The position numbers were made by a program, and so were the translations under genes. Shown here in pieces: positions 36,966-46,236 of a DNA stretch of 64,000 nucleotides; the first letter of the stretch is position 1; each line of letters begins with the position of its first letter. Under the pieces are notes generated by a model. It did not search any database. It saw nothing but the letters and a program-made list of their open reading frames with translations, and was not told where the DNA came from. The stretch spans positions 9,192-73,191 of the forward strand of contig JBHPDN010000001.1 of assembly GCA_042577865.1 (NCBI GenBank). Reading direction: 5' to 3'. The stretch is from Nanobdellota archaeon (GTDB lineage: Archaea; Nanobdellota; Nanobdellia; Woesearchaeales; JAGLXL01).

Positions 36966-37484
36966 ATGGCAAGATTAAGAAAGTTTAGCGCTTATCAAAA
37001 GGTAGAACGTCCTTATACCAGAGCCAGCAAGTTCAAGAAAAAGAACTTTGTTAGAGCCGTACCTAATAGGAATGTTGTCAGGTATGACATGGGTAATCCC
37101 AAAGGCACATTTGACACTACCCTCAGATTGATTGCCAACAAAGACATCCAGATCAGGCACAATGCTTTGGAAAGTGCCAGAATGACTTCTAACCGTTATT
37201 TAGAAGCTAACTTAGGCAAGCCTGCTTATCATCTTAAAATCAAAGTTTTTCCGTTTCATATTCTTAGAGAAAACCCATTGGCTGCCGGAGCTGGGGCAGA
37301 CCGTATGTCAACTGGTATGAAAAAATCATTTGGCAAGCCTATTGGCACTGCTGCTCAAACCTCAGTTGACCAGACCATCTTTGAAGTCAGAGTCAACAAG
37401 AAAAATATTAAAGCCGGCAAACTTGCTTTGAAAAGAGCATCATATAAATTGCCTTGTTCTTGTAGAATTATAGAAGCTGCTTAA
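36966..37484 (+). CDS. rpl10e: 50S ribosomal protein L10e (uL16)
   Basis: 172 aa. MARLRKFSAYQKVERPYTR ... NRNVVRYDMGNPKG matches L10e throughout. Confidence 0.85.
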   Translation: MARLRKFSAYQKVERPYTRASKFKKKNFVRAVPNRNVVRYDMGNPKGTFDTTLRLIANKDIQIRHNALESARMTSNRYLEANLGKPAYHLKIKVFPFHILRENPLAAGAGADRMSTGMKKSFGKPIGTAAQTSVDQTIFEVRVNKKNIKAGKLALKRASYKLPCSCRIIEAA

Positions 37485-40400
37485 TTATTTAGCTAATTTT
37501 TCTATATCTTTGTAAAGTTCAACTATTTTGTTGAAATACTTTGACTTTTCCTGGTAAGGCAGTCTGTTGTACAGTTTGATTATCTCATCATAATGCCCTT
37601 TCAAAAGAAGCAGATTTTTCTTAGGCAGCATTTCAAATGATTCCAAAATTAAGGCATCAACTTTTTTCATGGCCATCACTTCAAAAATCTTCAGTGAACC
37701 TAAAGTTGTCGCCACTACAAAAACTATTGAAAAGATTGCAGCAAAGATAATGATTGGCCAGATATTAATTGGTTCATCACCCGGAATAGTGATTGGTGTC
37801 TTTTCATCTATGATCCAGACACATTTGTTGTTTTCACATTTGTAATTGTTGATACAGTCAGCATCAACCTGACACTCAGGCGCTTCAATACAGACACCAT
37901 TACTGCATTCATTGGTTAGACAGTCTGAATCAAACAAACACAGTTCATTTACAGCACAGCCAGTACAGACTCCACCGCAGTCTACTGCAGATTCATCCTG
38001 GTTTTTGATTCCGTCAGAGCAAGTCTCTAGTATTACAGGTTCACAGAATTGTGTTTCATTTGGTTTAGTTCCCAAGATCAATCTATATCCTCTTTCTTCA
38101 CATCTATTTGAATCATAGCAGAACCTATTTTGGACTCCTAAAATACAGTCATTCCATTCTGAACATTCCCAAGTGGCAGTACATGAACCTCTGCTGCCTC
38201 CTCCTCCACCGCTGCTGCCGCCACTAGATGGTACATAAACAGTGGTGGTTTCAGTGGTATTGACTTGATGACTCACAGTACCTGAATAATCTGTCTGTAT
38301 AGAATTAGTTTTTGTTCCTGATGATGCACTGGCACCGACTTGCATAGTAATATTAAAGGTCACACTTGAATTAACAGTTATATTTCCTAAATACCAAGTG
38401 TTATTGGTTGCATTTGGTGTTAAGGTGGCATTGACAAAACTAAATTCTCCTGGATAAGTTTCAACTAAAGTGGTGTTGACAGCAGTTGAAAACCCGTTGT
38501 TAGTTATAGTGATTTGATAATCAAAACTATTGCTTCTCTGAACAGGATCAGCACTGTCGGTTTTAGTCACTGCTAAAATTGGTTCAGTCGGAGTTACTAA
38601 TGGCAGATAATCTCCTCCGCTGGTTAAATCACCACCTGAAGTATAAGGTATTGAAGTATCACCTATACCATCTCCTGTATTATCTGTTCCTGCATAGTCA
38701 TCCCAATAATTACCCCCAAGATATGATCCACCTAAAATATTCGTTCCTGCTGTTTTGGAAGTGTTCCAGTCATTCAAAGCAGCATTGTCATCATAACCAT
38801 TTCCTGTACCTGTGGCTGAAAAATAATTATTGTAAATTAAATGACCGCTGGAATCAGCACTGCCAAAGGATTGAGTGAAGTAGATATTATAAACACCAGT
38901 TGTCCCATTAACCCTGTTGCTAAAAATCACACCATTATGTGAGTCATCAGAGTAAATTCCAATAAAGTCATCAGTCAGATTATTGTAATAAACTGAAGAA
39001 TAATTTGAAGACCACAAATAAACTGCTGAGACAAAGTTATTCAATGTCCAGCCGTTCCAGTTGAAATTGTTGTAATAAATCATTGGATAATGTGATTCTC
39101 TAAAAACAATCCCTCCATCACTGTTGTTGAATAAATCATTGTAGTAAAATGAAGTGTTGTGAGAAATGTAATTATAAACACCAATACAAAAAGTACAACT
39201 TGCCGAATCCCATCCATTCTCATCTATGGTGTTGTGATACATTTTTGTGAAATTAGAATTGAAAGGATTGATTCCTGTTTCATTGTTATACTTGACAATG
39301 TTGTCGGTGATGTTGTTATTATTGGAAGTGTCTAAAGCAATCCCATAATAGTTGCTAGAAACATTATTATCTAAAATAAAATTATTATGAGAAGCCAGTT
39401 CTAAATAAATTCCAGTTGATGGTGGTCCGCTGGCCTGCTGGTCTTGGAAAGTTACATTATTTCTTTCAACATAATTAAGATTAGCATATTGGAACAAGAT
39501 TCCATCAACCACATTACTGTAAATCTCATTGTCCTGAATAAAACTGCTGTCAGTGTCATTAAAGAAAATTCCTTCATCAAATCCAGTAATATCACAATTC
39601 TCAATTGTAATATTCTGTCTGCCTTGGGCATAAATCCCATAACCAGAACCGCTGCCAGTCAGAGTATAGCCGTCACAGTCAATCACTATATTATCATTAG
39701 TGATATTAAGACAATTTGCCCCTGTAGATAAATTGCCAGTCACCACACCACTTTGATTGATATTGCCGCAACTAGTGATGTTTGAGGCATTATAAGACAT
39801 GGTGCTGTAATTTGTCCAGTGAGTCACATTGAATTTTAAAGTGCCGGCACTGTAGGTATGTGGTGTGCAAACACTGGTTGGACATGCAACAAATGCTCCT
39901 CCTCCAGGATTATATACAATTTGCATGTAATTTGGATCGCTGTAAGGCAGGCCTTCTAAAGTTATATTGGCGCTGACATTAAAGCCGATTTGGGATGAAT
40001 TGACATAAGCATTGTTATCTGAAACAGCTACATCACTGCCTAAAGTCAAATCACTTCCTGACTGAGTTATTGGATTAAGAAAAGCTATCCCTCCAGAACC
40101 TGTTTTTTCTATTTCAATTGTAGCATTGGTAAAATTATACGAATCAATTCTGGAATCTGCAATCAAAACATCAGAGGCAACCTGTAAACTGAAAGCTGCA
40201 TTGTTAGTTAAATTATTATTTTGAATATGTGAGTTAGTAGTGCCATTGTAATAGACTCCAATTGAAAAATTGATGATATTGCAGTTGACAATTGTCACAT
40301 TAGTATGAGCACCAACATAAATTCCCCAGCCAATGTTGTTTCCTGTCAAAGTTCCTCCTTGACAGTCAATCACCACATTGCTGGCATTGACAATGATACC

Positions 40401-41738
40401 AGTTCCAGAACAGTTCAAGCTAGGAACAGTAGTGCTTGAAGTTACTGTCTGCCCGCAGGTAACCCCACTACCAGTTGCTGTCATCAAAGGCAGTTCATCT
40501 CCTCCTGTTGTTATTGAAGTTGAGCCTTGCCAAGGCAGTTCTGTATCTCCAATACCATCACCGGAAATGTTATGAGGATAACTTCCTCCACCATTATCAC
40601 TGCCGTTATAATCACTCCAGTAATTCCCACCAGTACAGTTGTCTCCAATGATATTCAAACCAGCAGTACAGTTGTAAGTTGTATTCCAGTAATTGCCTGC
40701 TGTACCATCTAGTACTGTATTGGTGCCATCAATGTAATTGTCATAAATCAAATTGCCGGCAGCCTGAAAATAAAGATTGTAAGTAGATTGGTGGCTGATA
40801 TTATTTGAAGTAACATTATTACCGAGACTGCTGCTAGCCACTTCAATCCCATATTTGCTGTAAAGAATTTCATTGTGAGTAACAGTATTATAATTTGAGG
40901 AAACAGAAAGTCTTACACCTTCATTGTCAGCAAAACTTTGATTAGTCATATTATTAAAATGATTATCAGAGGCCAGATTATTAGTTGACTGCCAAAGCCA
41001 CAGTCCTATTCTTATATTTTTACTTCCATCATTGTAAGTGATGTTATTGTAATGACAAGTCTCAAGAACAATTCCTAAATAATTATTATAAACATCATTA
41101 TAATTAATCTCATTGTAGTTGCCGTTATTACAAAGTATCCCAGTATCCAAGCTTGATTCATTTTGGTCATAAACAGTATTGTTTAACACATCATTGTAGT
41201 CAGAACCAGTGTTTAATTTAATTCCTTCATTTGTGTTTTCGTAGACAGTATTGTTGAAAACTAAATTATCATCAGAATCAGAAAAGACATAGATTCCAAT
41301 GTCATCATTGTTATGGACTTCGTTATTCAAGATTGAACCATTGTCAGCATTGTTGAAATAAATTCCATAGTAATCAAAATCAGAAATATTGCAGTTCTCA
41401 ACAGTCACATTGCTGAAACTATTGACAAAGACACCAGAGCCAAAAGTATTGCCCAAACCTTTTATCTCATAACCTTGACAGTCAAGAACAACATCTTTGG
41501 CGCCAATTACAATCCCATCAGCAGGACAGCCAGTCAAACTCTGATTCATCTGACAGCTGGCAATAATAGACCCCCCACAACCAACACTGCAATTAGGCAA
41601 AGCCTGAACTTGATAATCTCCAGCCACAGAAAATCCAGTTATTTTAAAATCATCATTAATCAGAAAAGCACCGGCAAAAAGAAGCAAAACTACACCAATC
41701 ATTACTCCTATAGCAATAACATTACCTCTTTTGTTCAA
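37485..41738 (-). CDS. Giant cell-surface protein with parallel beta-helix repeats, Cys-rich module and C-terminal transmembrane anchor
   Basis: 1417 aa. N-terminal signal/anchor (MNKRGNVIAIGVMIGVVLLLFAGAFLIN). Dozens of right-handed beta-helix-type repeats (NxxxxNxxGIxxxxSxNNxI pattern) carrying many N-x-S/T sequons. SGGSSGGGGGS linker. About 150-aa Cys-rich module (CTATWECSEWNDC ... CGGVCTGC ... CENNKCVW). TM helix (IWPIIIFAAIFSIVFVVATTLGSL) and an about 70-aa cytoplasmic tail. Confidence 0.7.
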   Translation of the reverse strand: MNKRGNVIAIGVMIGVVLLLFAGAFLINDDFKITGFSVAGDYQVQALPNCSVGCGGSIIASCQMNQSLTGCPADGIVIGAKDVVLDCQGYEIKGLGNTFGSGVFVNSFSNVTVENCNISDFDYYGIYFNNADNGSILNNEVHNNDDIGIYVFSDSDDNLVFNNTVYENTNEGIKLNTGSDYNDVLNNTVYDQNESSLDTGILCNNGNYNEINYNDVYNNYLGIVLETCHYNNITYNDGSKNIRIGLWLWQSTNNLASDNHFNNMTNQSFADNEGVRLSVSSNYNTVTHNEILYSKYGIEVASSSLGNNVTSNNISHQSTYNLYFQAAGNLIYDNYIDGTNTVLDGTAGNYWNTTYNCTAGLNIIGDNCTGGNYWSDYNGSDNGGGSYPHNISGDGIGDTELPWQGSTSITTGGDELPLMTATGSGVTCGQTVTSSTTVPSLNCSGTGIIVNASNVVIDCQGGTLTGNNIGWGIYVGAHTNVTIVNCNIINFSIGVYYNGTTNSHIQNNNLTNNAAFSLQVASDVLIADSRIDSYNFTNATIEIEKTGSGGIAFLNPITQSGSDLTLGSDVAVSDNNAYVNSSQIGFNVSANITLEGLPYSDPNYMQIVYNPGGGAFVACPTSVCTPHTYSAGTLKFNVTHWTNYSTMSYNASNITSCGNINQSGVVTGNLSTGANCLNITNDNIVIDCDGYTLTGSGSGYGIYAQGRQNITIENCDITGFDEGIFFNDTDSSFIQDNEIYSNVVDGILFQYANLNYVERNNVTFQDQQASGPPSTGIYLELASHNNFILDNNVSSNYYGIALDTSNNNNITDNIVKYNNETGINPFNSNFTKMYHNTIDENGWDSASCTFCIGVYNYISHNTSFYYNDLFNNSDGGIVFRESHYPMIYYNNFNWNGWTLNNFVSAVYLWSSNYSSVYYNNLTDDFIGIYSDDSHNGVIFSNRVNGTTGVYNIYFTQSFGSADSSGHLIYNNYFSATGTGNGYDDNAALNDWNTSKTAGTNILGGSYLGGNYWDDYAGTDNTGDGIGDTSIPYTSGGDLTSGGDYLPLVTPTEPILAVTKTDSADPVQRSNSFDYQITITNNGFSTAVNTTLVETYPGEFSFVNATLTPNATNNTWYLGNITVNSSVTFNITMQVGASASSGTKTNSIQTDYSGTVSHQVNTTETTTVYVPSSGGSSGGGGGSRGSCTATWECSEWNDCILGVQNRFCYDSNRCEERGYRLILGTKPNETQFCEPVILETCSDGIKNQDESAVDCGGVCTGCAVNELCLFDSDCLTNECSNGVCIEAPECQVDADCINNYKCENNKCVWIIDEKTPITIPGDEPINIWPIIIFAAIFSIVFVVATTLGSLKIFEVMAMKKVDALILESFEMLPKKNLLLLKGHYDEIIKLYNRLPYQEKSKYFNKIVELYKDIEKLAK

Positions 41739-41772
41739 TCTTACCCCTCAACCAGAAAAACGCTTTTGTTAT

Positions 41773-42717
41773 TTATAAAGATTTCCTTATTTTTTTCTTT
41801 AAATCGTCGATAGAAACAATCCCTTTATACTTTTTAACTAATTTCTCATCCAAATCCAAAACATCACTTTTGCTGAAATAAACTAAAACTTTCTTTTTTT
41901 CCTGTTTAAGTGCCTTAAACAGCTGTTCCTGTTTCTTCAAAGGGAAAGGCTCACTTAAATCAAAAACATAAATCACCAGGTCAGCCAAATACTTAATCGC
42001 CAGATAAGCCTGCCTTTCAATATGGTTCATGGTTTCCAAACGGTTCAAAGTTCCGGGTGTATCAACCAGTTGTATTTTCCTGCTGCCTTCATCCATATAA
42101 CCCAAATTCAAACCTTTGGTGGTAAAGGCATAACTGGCAATCTCTGCCTTGGCCTTGCTTAATTTACTTAACAAAGTAGTTTTACCAACATTTGGAAAAC
42201 CAGCAATAGCAATAGTTGGCATTTCCTTGACATTAGGATAAGTTCTCATCACTTGCCTGACTTTCTCAAGATAAGCCAGTTCTTTTTTGATTCTTTTCAG
42301 GACAGAGCTGATTCTTCCGTAAAATTCCCTTCTTAACCTGTCAATCACTTTCAAATGCTCTGTCTTTTTGATTTTCATAAAATATTCTCTGTGAAATTCT
42401 TTTATTTTCTTGACCGCTGAATTGACAGCTCCTAAAGATTTCTTCAAAGCCACATAATCTACGGTTGTCTTGATCAATTGCTGGTAAAATTCATTCAAAG
42501 AATCGATGCTTGGAAAATCTTTCAAGATATTGATCAGTTTTTCTTCCAAAACATCCTTGACTACATCAAAACGGGAATATTCTACTATTTTTTGTTTGGA
42601 CATATCTGTTCTCTTGTATCTGCTTTTCAAAGCGCTGGCTTTCTTCTTAGCCCTGGAAAAAGCACCGTCCAGATAATTGTCCACTGTCCCAATTGGTCGA
42701 ATATATTGGAAATTCAT
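41773..42717 (-). CDS. NOG1-like GTP-binding protein (archaeal Nog1/MJ1464 family)
   Basis: G1 GFPNVGKTT, G3 DTPG, N-terminal NOG1-type helical domain. 314 aa. Confidence 0.7.
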   Translation of the reverse strand: MNFQYIRPIGTVDNYLDGAFSRAKKKASALKSRYKRTDMSKQKIVEYSRFDVVKDVLEEKLINILKDFPSIDSLNEFYQQLIKTTVDYVALKKSLGAVNSAVKKIKEFHREYFMKIKKTEHLKVIDRLRREFYGRISSVLKRIKKELAYLEKVRQVMRTYPNVKEMPTIAIAGFPNVGKTTLLSKLSKAKAEIASYAFTTKGLNLGYMDEGSRKIQLVDTPGTLNRLETMNHIERQAYLAIKYLADLVIYVFDLSEPFPLKKQEQLFKALKQEKKKVLVYFSKSDVLDLDEKLVKKYKGIVSIDDLKKKIRKSL

Positions 42718-42749
42718 AGAAGTGATAATAAAGGTGGCCTTTTTAAATC

Positions 42750-43007
42750 CTACTGTTTCTTGAACAATACCACAACTCTGCCCACTGATCTAATCAAAAC
42801 AGCTCCAGTCTTAGAAACAATCTCGTCAGCCAGTTTCTTTCTGTCGCCGGCAGATGATAATAATTTAATCTTGATCAGTTTCTTTTTCTTCAGTATTTTA
42901 ATTATCTCCTGAATCACAGAGTCAGTCAGTCCGCTCTTGCCAATCTGCAGAACAGGTCCCATAGAATGGCTTTTTGCTTTTAATTCTCTGATTTCTTTGT
43001 TGTCCAT
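42750..43007 (-). CDS. CRS1/YhbY (CRM-domain) RNA-binding protein
   Basis: 85 aa. GKSGLTDSVIQEI ... LIKIKL ... GAVLIRSVGRVVVLFK matches the YhbY pattern (GK-G-T, ELIKVK, IG--VLYR). Confidence 0.75.
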   Translation of the reverse strand: MDNKEIRELKAKSHSMGPVLQIGKSGLTDSVIQEIIKILKKKKLIKIKLLSSAGDRKKLADEIVSKTGAVLIRSVGRVVVLFKKQ

Positions 43008-43103
43008 CTTATTCTCAATAATCTCTTCCTATTTTAATCTTACTCAAAATCCACAACTTTTATAAAAGAAAACTGCGTTCTTTTTGCTAAAGGAGGTGAA
43101 AAT

Positions 43104-43301
43104 ATGTATGAACATAAATGTCCTTTGTTGGGAACTTTAATCCTATTGGCGGCTGGTATCTGTTTTCTTTTAGTTGATTTAGGTGTTTGGGACTTTTGGA
43201 AGATTAACTGGTGGACCATAGCTTTCTTGTTTATTGGTGTCATGAAACTCGGAATGTGTTTCTGCAAAGAATGTAAAGTTAGCAAAAAGAGAAAAAAGTA
43301 A
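43104..43301 (+). CDS. Small membrane protein with C-terminal CxxC
   Basis: 65 aa, two TM segments, CFCKECK near the C-terminus. GGAGG SD upstream. Confidence 0.25.
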   Translation: MYEHKCPLLGTLILLAAGICFLLVDLGVWDFWKINWWTIAFLFIGVMKLGMCFCKECKVSKKRKK

Positions 43302-43328
43302 TTTTCTTTTTTTATTTTTTAATTCAAA

Positions 43329-43613
43329 ATGAACACATACCCTTTAATGATCATTGGATTTGCCGTTGCTTTGGTTGGTTTTTCTATCGGCCGCATTACT
43401 GACAAGTATGGCGGACATTATCTCACCCCCCATCATTGGATTTATGGGTTTGGTCTGGCTGTTTTTGGAGTGGTTAATAACAATGAATGGGGCTTTTTGG
43501 GTTTTTCTTTTGGAATTGGTCTTTTTATCAGTGATTTCAGGGATTTTACAAAATTAAGATTCATCAGCCGTGATAAAAGAGAGAAAGAATGGAGATTCTG
43601 GGATATTGACTGA
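43329..43613 (+). CDS. Small membrane protein
   Basis: 94 aa, 2-3 TM segments. Confidence 0.3.
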   Translation: MNTYPLMIIGFAVALVGFSIGRITDKYGGHYLTPHHWIYGFGLAVFGVVNNNEWGFLGFSFGIGLFISDFRDFTKLRFISRDKREKEWRFWDID

Positions 43614-43665
43614 TTTACTTCTAAAAAACTTCCAAAAATTTATAAAGTCGAAGAAAAATTTTTGA

Positions 43666-45426
43666 TTGGAAATGATTAAAAAAAAGCATCTCACTCAGTA
43701 TTTTAGATATATGATTTTTGGAGGGATTGGTGTTATTCTTAATTTATTGATAACTTTTACCCTCACCGAATTTGTCCTGGGCAGGCCGAATTACTGGTAT
43801 GCTTTTCTCATTGGGACTATTTTCAATGTCATTTTCAACTTTATCTTTTACAGCAGGTTTGTCTTTGCTTTTAAGAATATATCAAAAGAAAAAAAATATC
43901 TGTTTTTTTTGTTTAGCGGACTGATTTTATCCCTGCAGTTGATTATTACTAGAGAAATTGTTCCCTGGTTCAATCTGGATTATTATTTGTTGACCATTAT
44001 GCTGGTTATATTTTCCTTAGGCATTGGCAGTTTTTTCTTTTCAAGGACTTTTGTTTTTTCAGAAAAAGAGATAACTTTCAACCATTGCCTCTATCTGTTG
44101 CTGACAGTTTTTTCTATTATTATCATTTATCTCATCATTGAAAATAAAATAATGTTTTGGGATACCGGAGTCTATATTGGGATGGCTAAGTATTATTTTT
44201 CAAACGGTTCTCTGGGCATTATGGAAGTCTTCAGGCCGCCGGTCCTGCCGTTTGTCCTGGGTTTGTTTTGGTGGCTAGGCCTGTCTCCAAACATTATCGG
44301 ACATGTTCTTGTTTTACTGTCAGCCATCGGCAGCCTTTACTTTTTATACCAGATTGGAAACTATTATGTTGATAAAGAACACTCCTTGATTCTGGTCTTG
44401 CTTTTGGCTGTGACTTCTTCTTTTATATTTTTCAGTGTACAAATTTTGAATGATATCCTTGGAGTTTTTTTGGTCATCTATGCTTCCTATCTTTTAATCT
44501 ATAAAAAAAATAATTATTGGCTGGGGATTGTTTGTGGTTTAACAGGGTTGACCAGATTTACCTTGCTGCTGGTTCCAGTGGCCATTGGTTTTTCATTGTT
44601 ATTCCTGAAAAAAGGCTGGAAAAACAGATTAACCAAATCTTTGATTTTTATTTTGGGCCTGGCCACTGTCATCATTCCTTTCCTGATTTACAATTATGTA
44701 ACTTTTGGAAATTGTTTATTGCCTTTTTTAGAAGGTTCTGCCATCATCACCAGCATTGGCAATTCAATCAGTGAGGGATTTTTATTTTACCCGCTTGGTT
44801 TAATTTTAGAGTCAGTCTTTGTCTTGGTGGGTGTTGTGGGCATATTTTACTGCAAGAAAAAAAAGCAGGACCTGCCCATCATGATTCTCTTAGTGCTTTT
44901 CTTAGTCTATCATTTTGTTCTGGCCAGAAAAGAGATTAGGTACATGTTGCCCTTGTTTTGGATATTTTATTTATTTGCTGTCAGGTTTTTCCATCGCTTC
45001 AGGTTGAAAAACAAGATAAAAAAAGGTTTCCTTTGTCTTCTGCTGATGGTCATGCTTCTACAGGGTCTTTACGGCCTCACAGCCAATTATCAGCATAATT
45101 ATTTTGATATCAGCCAGGATATCAAAGAAAACTTTTACCGGGCTGAAGTTTCCGGCCCTATCATTACCACCAGCCCCAACATCATGCAGTATCTTGATGA
45201 GAAAACAGTTTTGATTGTCTGGACCAGCGACCACATCTATGAAGCCCATAAAAAACATTCACCTCAATCTTATCTCATCAACACCTGTGATCTATGGTGT
45301 CCGGCTAATGACCAGGAATGTTTTTCTTACAAAGATAAATTAATAAATGAAGTCAATGTTGATTATGAATTAAAGTATCAGGCAAAACACAACCAGTGTG
45401 ATTATTATGTTTTTGAAATGGATTAG
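43666..45426 (+). CDS. GtrA-like domain fused to a GT-C glycosyltransferase (PMT/ArnT-like)
   Basis: N-terminal about 120 aa shows the GtrA pattern (YFRYMIFGGIGVILNLLITFTLTEF ... FNFIFYSRFVF). The rest is polytopic, with the hydropathy of GT-C mannosyl/arabinosyltransferases. 586 aa. Confidence 0.55.
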   Translation: MEMIKKKHLTQYFRYMIFGGIGVILNLLITFTLTEFVLGRPNYWYAFLIGTIFNVIFNFIFYSRFVFAFKNISKEKKYLFFLFSGLILSLQLIITREIVPWFNLDYYLLTIMLVIFSLGIGSFFFSRTFVFSEKEITFNHCLYLLLTVFSIIIIYLIIENKIMFWDTGVYIGMAKYYFSNGSLGIMEVFRPPVLPFVLGLFWWLGLSPNIIGHVLVLLSAIGSLYFLYQIGNYYVDKEHSLILVLLLAVTSSFIFFSVQILNDILGVFLVIYASYLLIYKKNNYWLGIVCGLTGLTRFTLLLVPVAIGFSLLFLKKGWKNRLTKSLIFILGLATVIIPFLIYNYVTFGNCLLPFLEGSAIITSIGNSISEGFLFYPLGLILESVFVLVGVVGIFYCKKKKQDLPIMILLVLFLVYHFVLARKEIRYMLPLFWIFYLFAVRFFHRFRLKNKIKKGFLCLLLMVMLLQGLYGLTANYQHNYFDISQDIKENFYRAEVSGPIITTSPNIMQYLDEKTVLIVWTSDHIYEAHKKHSPQSYLINTCDLWCPANDQECFSYKDKLINEVNVDYELKYQAKHNQCDYYVFEMD

Positions 45427-46234
45427 ACTAATACGGGTGGGTCAGTGGTATAAAAATTTATTAATTTTTGCTGCTTTGTTTTTTTCAGGTACTCTTCTGA
45501 ATATTGATTTGTTATGGTTGTGTGTCTTGGGTTTTGTAGGACTGTGCCTTACATCTTCTTCAGGCTACATCTTAAATGATATCCTGGACAGGAAAATAGA
45601 TTCTGATAACAAAAAGAAACCAATTGCCCAAGGAGAAATTTCTATCTTTGTAGCTGTAGTTGTTTCGATTCTTTTTCTGACTGTTGGTGCTGTCTTACTT
45701 TACAGTCTCTCATTCAAGGTCCTTCTAGTTGGCCTCATCCTGTTTTTATCCACTGTTTTTTACAGCATCATCTTCAAGAAGATGGTTTTTCTGGACATCA
45801 TCTTGATTGCGGTTAACTTTGTCCTGCGTGCTTTGGCTGGAGTATTTTTACTGGATGTCAGGCTCTCTTCATGGTTTTTAACAGTCATCTTTTTTACCGC
45901 TCTGTATCTTGTCAGTGGAAAAAGGATTGCTGAACTAGTTCAAAAAACAAAAAAAAGTATTTCTCAGCATTATACTAAAAAAATACTGGAAGGCATGACT
46001 TACATCTTTCTTTCCATAGATTTAGTTCTGTATGTTCTCTACTCTTATTTTGAAGGAAAATTATTTTTGATTTACCTTTCACCTATTCTTTTATACATGT
46101 TTTTAATTATCCAGTCTCACATTCATCAAGGAGACAATTACATCAGGCACTTTGAAAGCATGTTCAAAGACAAAAGATTTCTGATTGCTTCAATTATCTA
46201 TCTTCTCTTGGTCTTTGCTGGATTTTACTTGTAG
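45398..46234 (+). CDS. UbiA-family prenyltransferase (DPPR-synthase / DGGGP-synthase-like)
   Basis: NDILDRKIDSDNKKKPIAQGEIS (NDxxDxxxD aspartate-rich motif). 8-9 TM helices. Overlaps the upstream GtrA/GT-C gene by 29 nt. Confidence 0.7.
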   Translation: MIIMFLKWIRLIRVGQWYKNLLIFAALFFSGTLLNIDLLWLCVLGFVGLCLTSSSGYILNDILDRKIDSDNKKKPIAQGEISIFVAVVVSILFLTVGAVLLYSLSFKVLLVGLILFLSTVFYSIIFKKMVFLDIILIAVNFVLRALAGVFLLDVRLSSWFLTVIFFTALYLVSGKRIAELVQKTKKSISQHYTKKILEGMTYIFLSIDLVLYVLYSYFEGKLFLIYLSPILLYMFLIIQSHIHQGDNYIRHFESMFKDKRFLIASIIYLLLVFAGFYL

Positions 46235-46236
46235 AA

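Noticed and set aside
42717-42750. Possible frameshift joining the NOG1-like GTPase and the YhbY ORF
   Set aside because: The two are distinct, complete families (GTPase with its own stop, and an 85-aa CRM domain with its own Met). They are adjacent genes, not a disrupted fusion.
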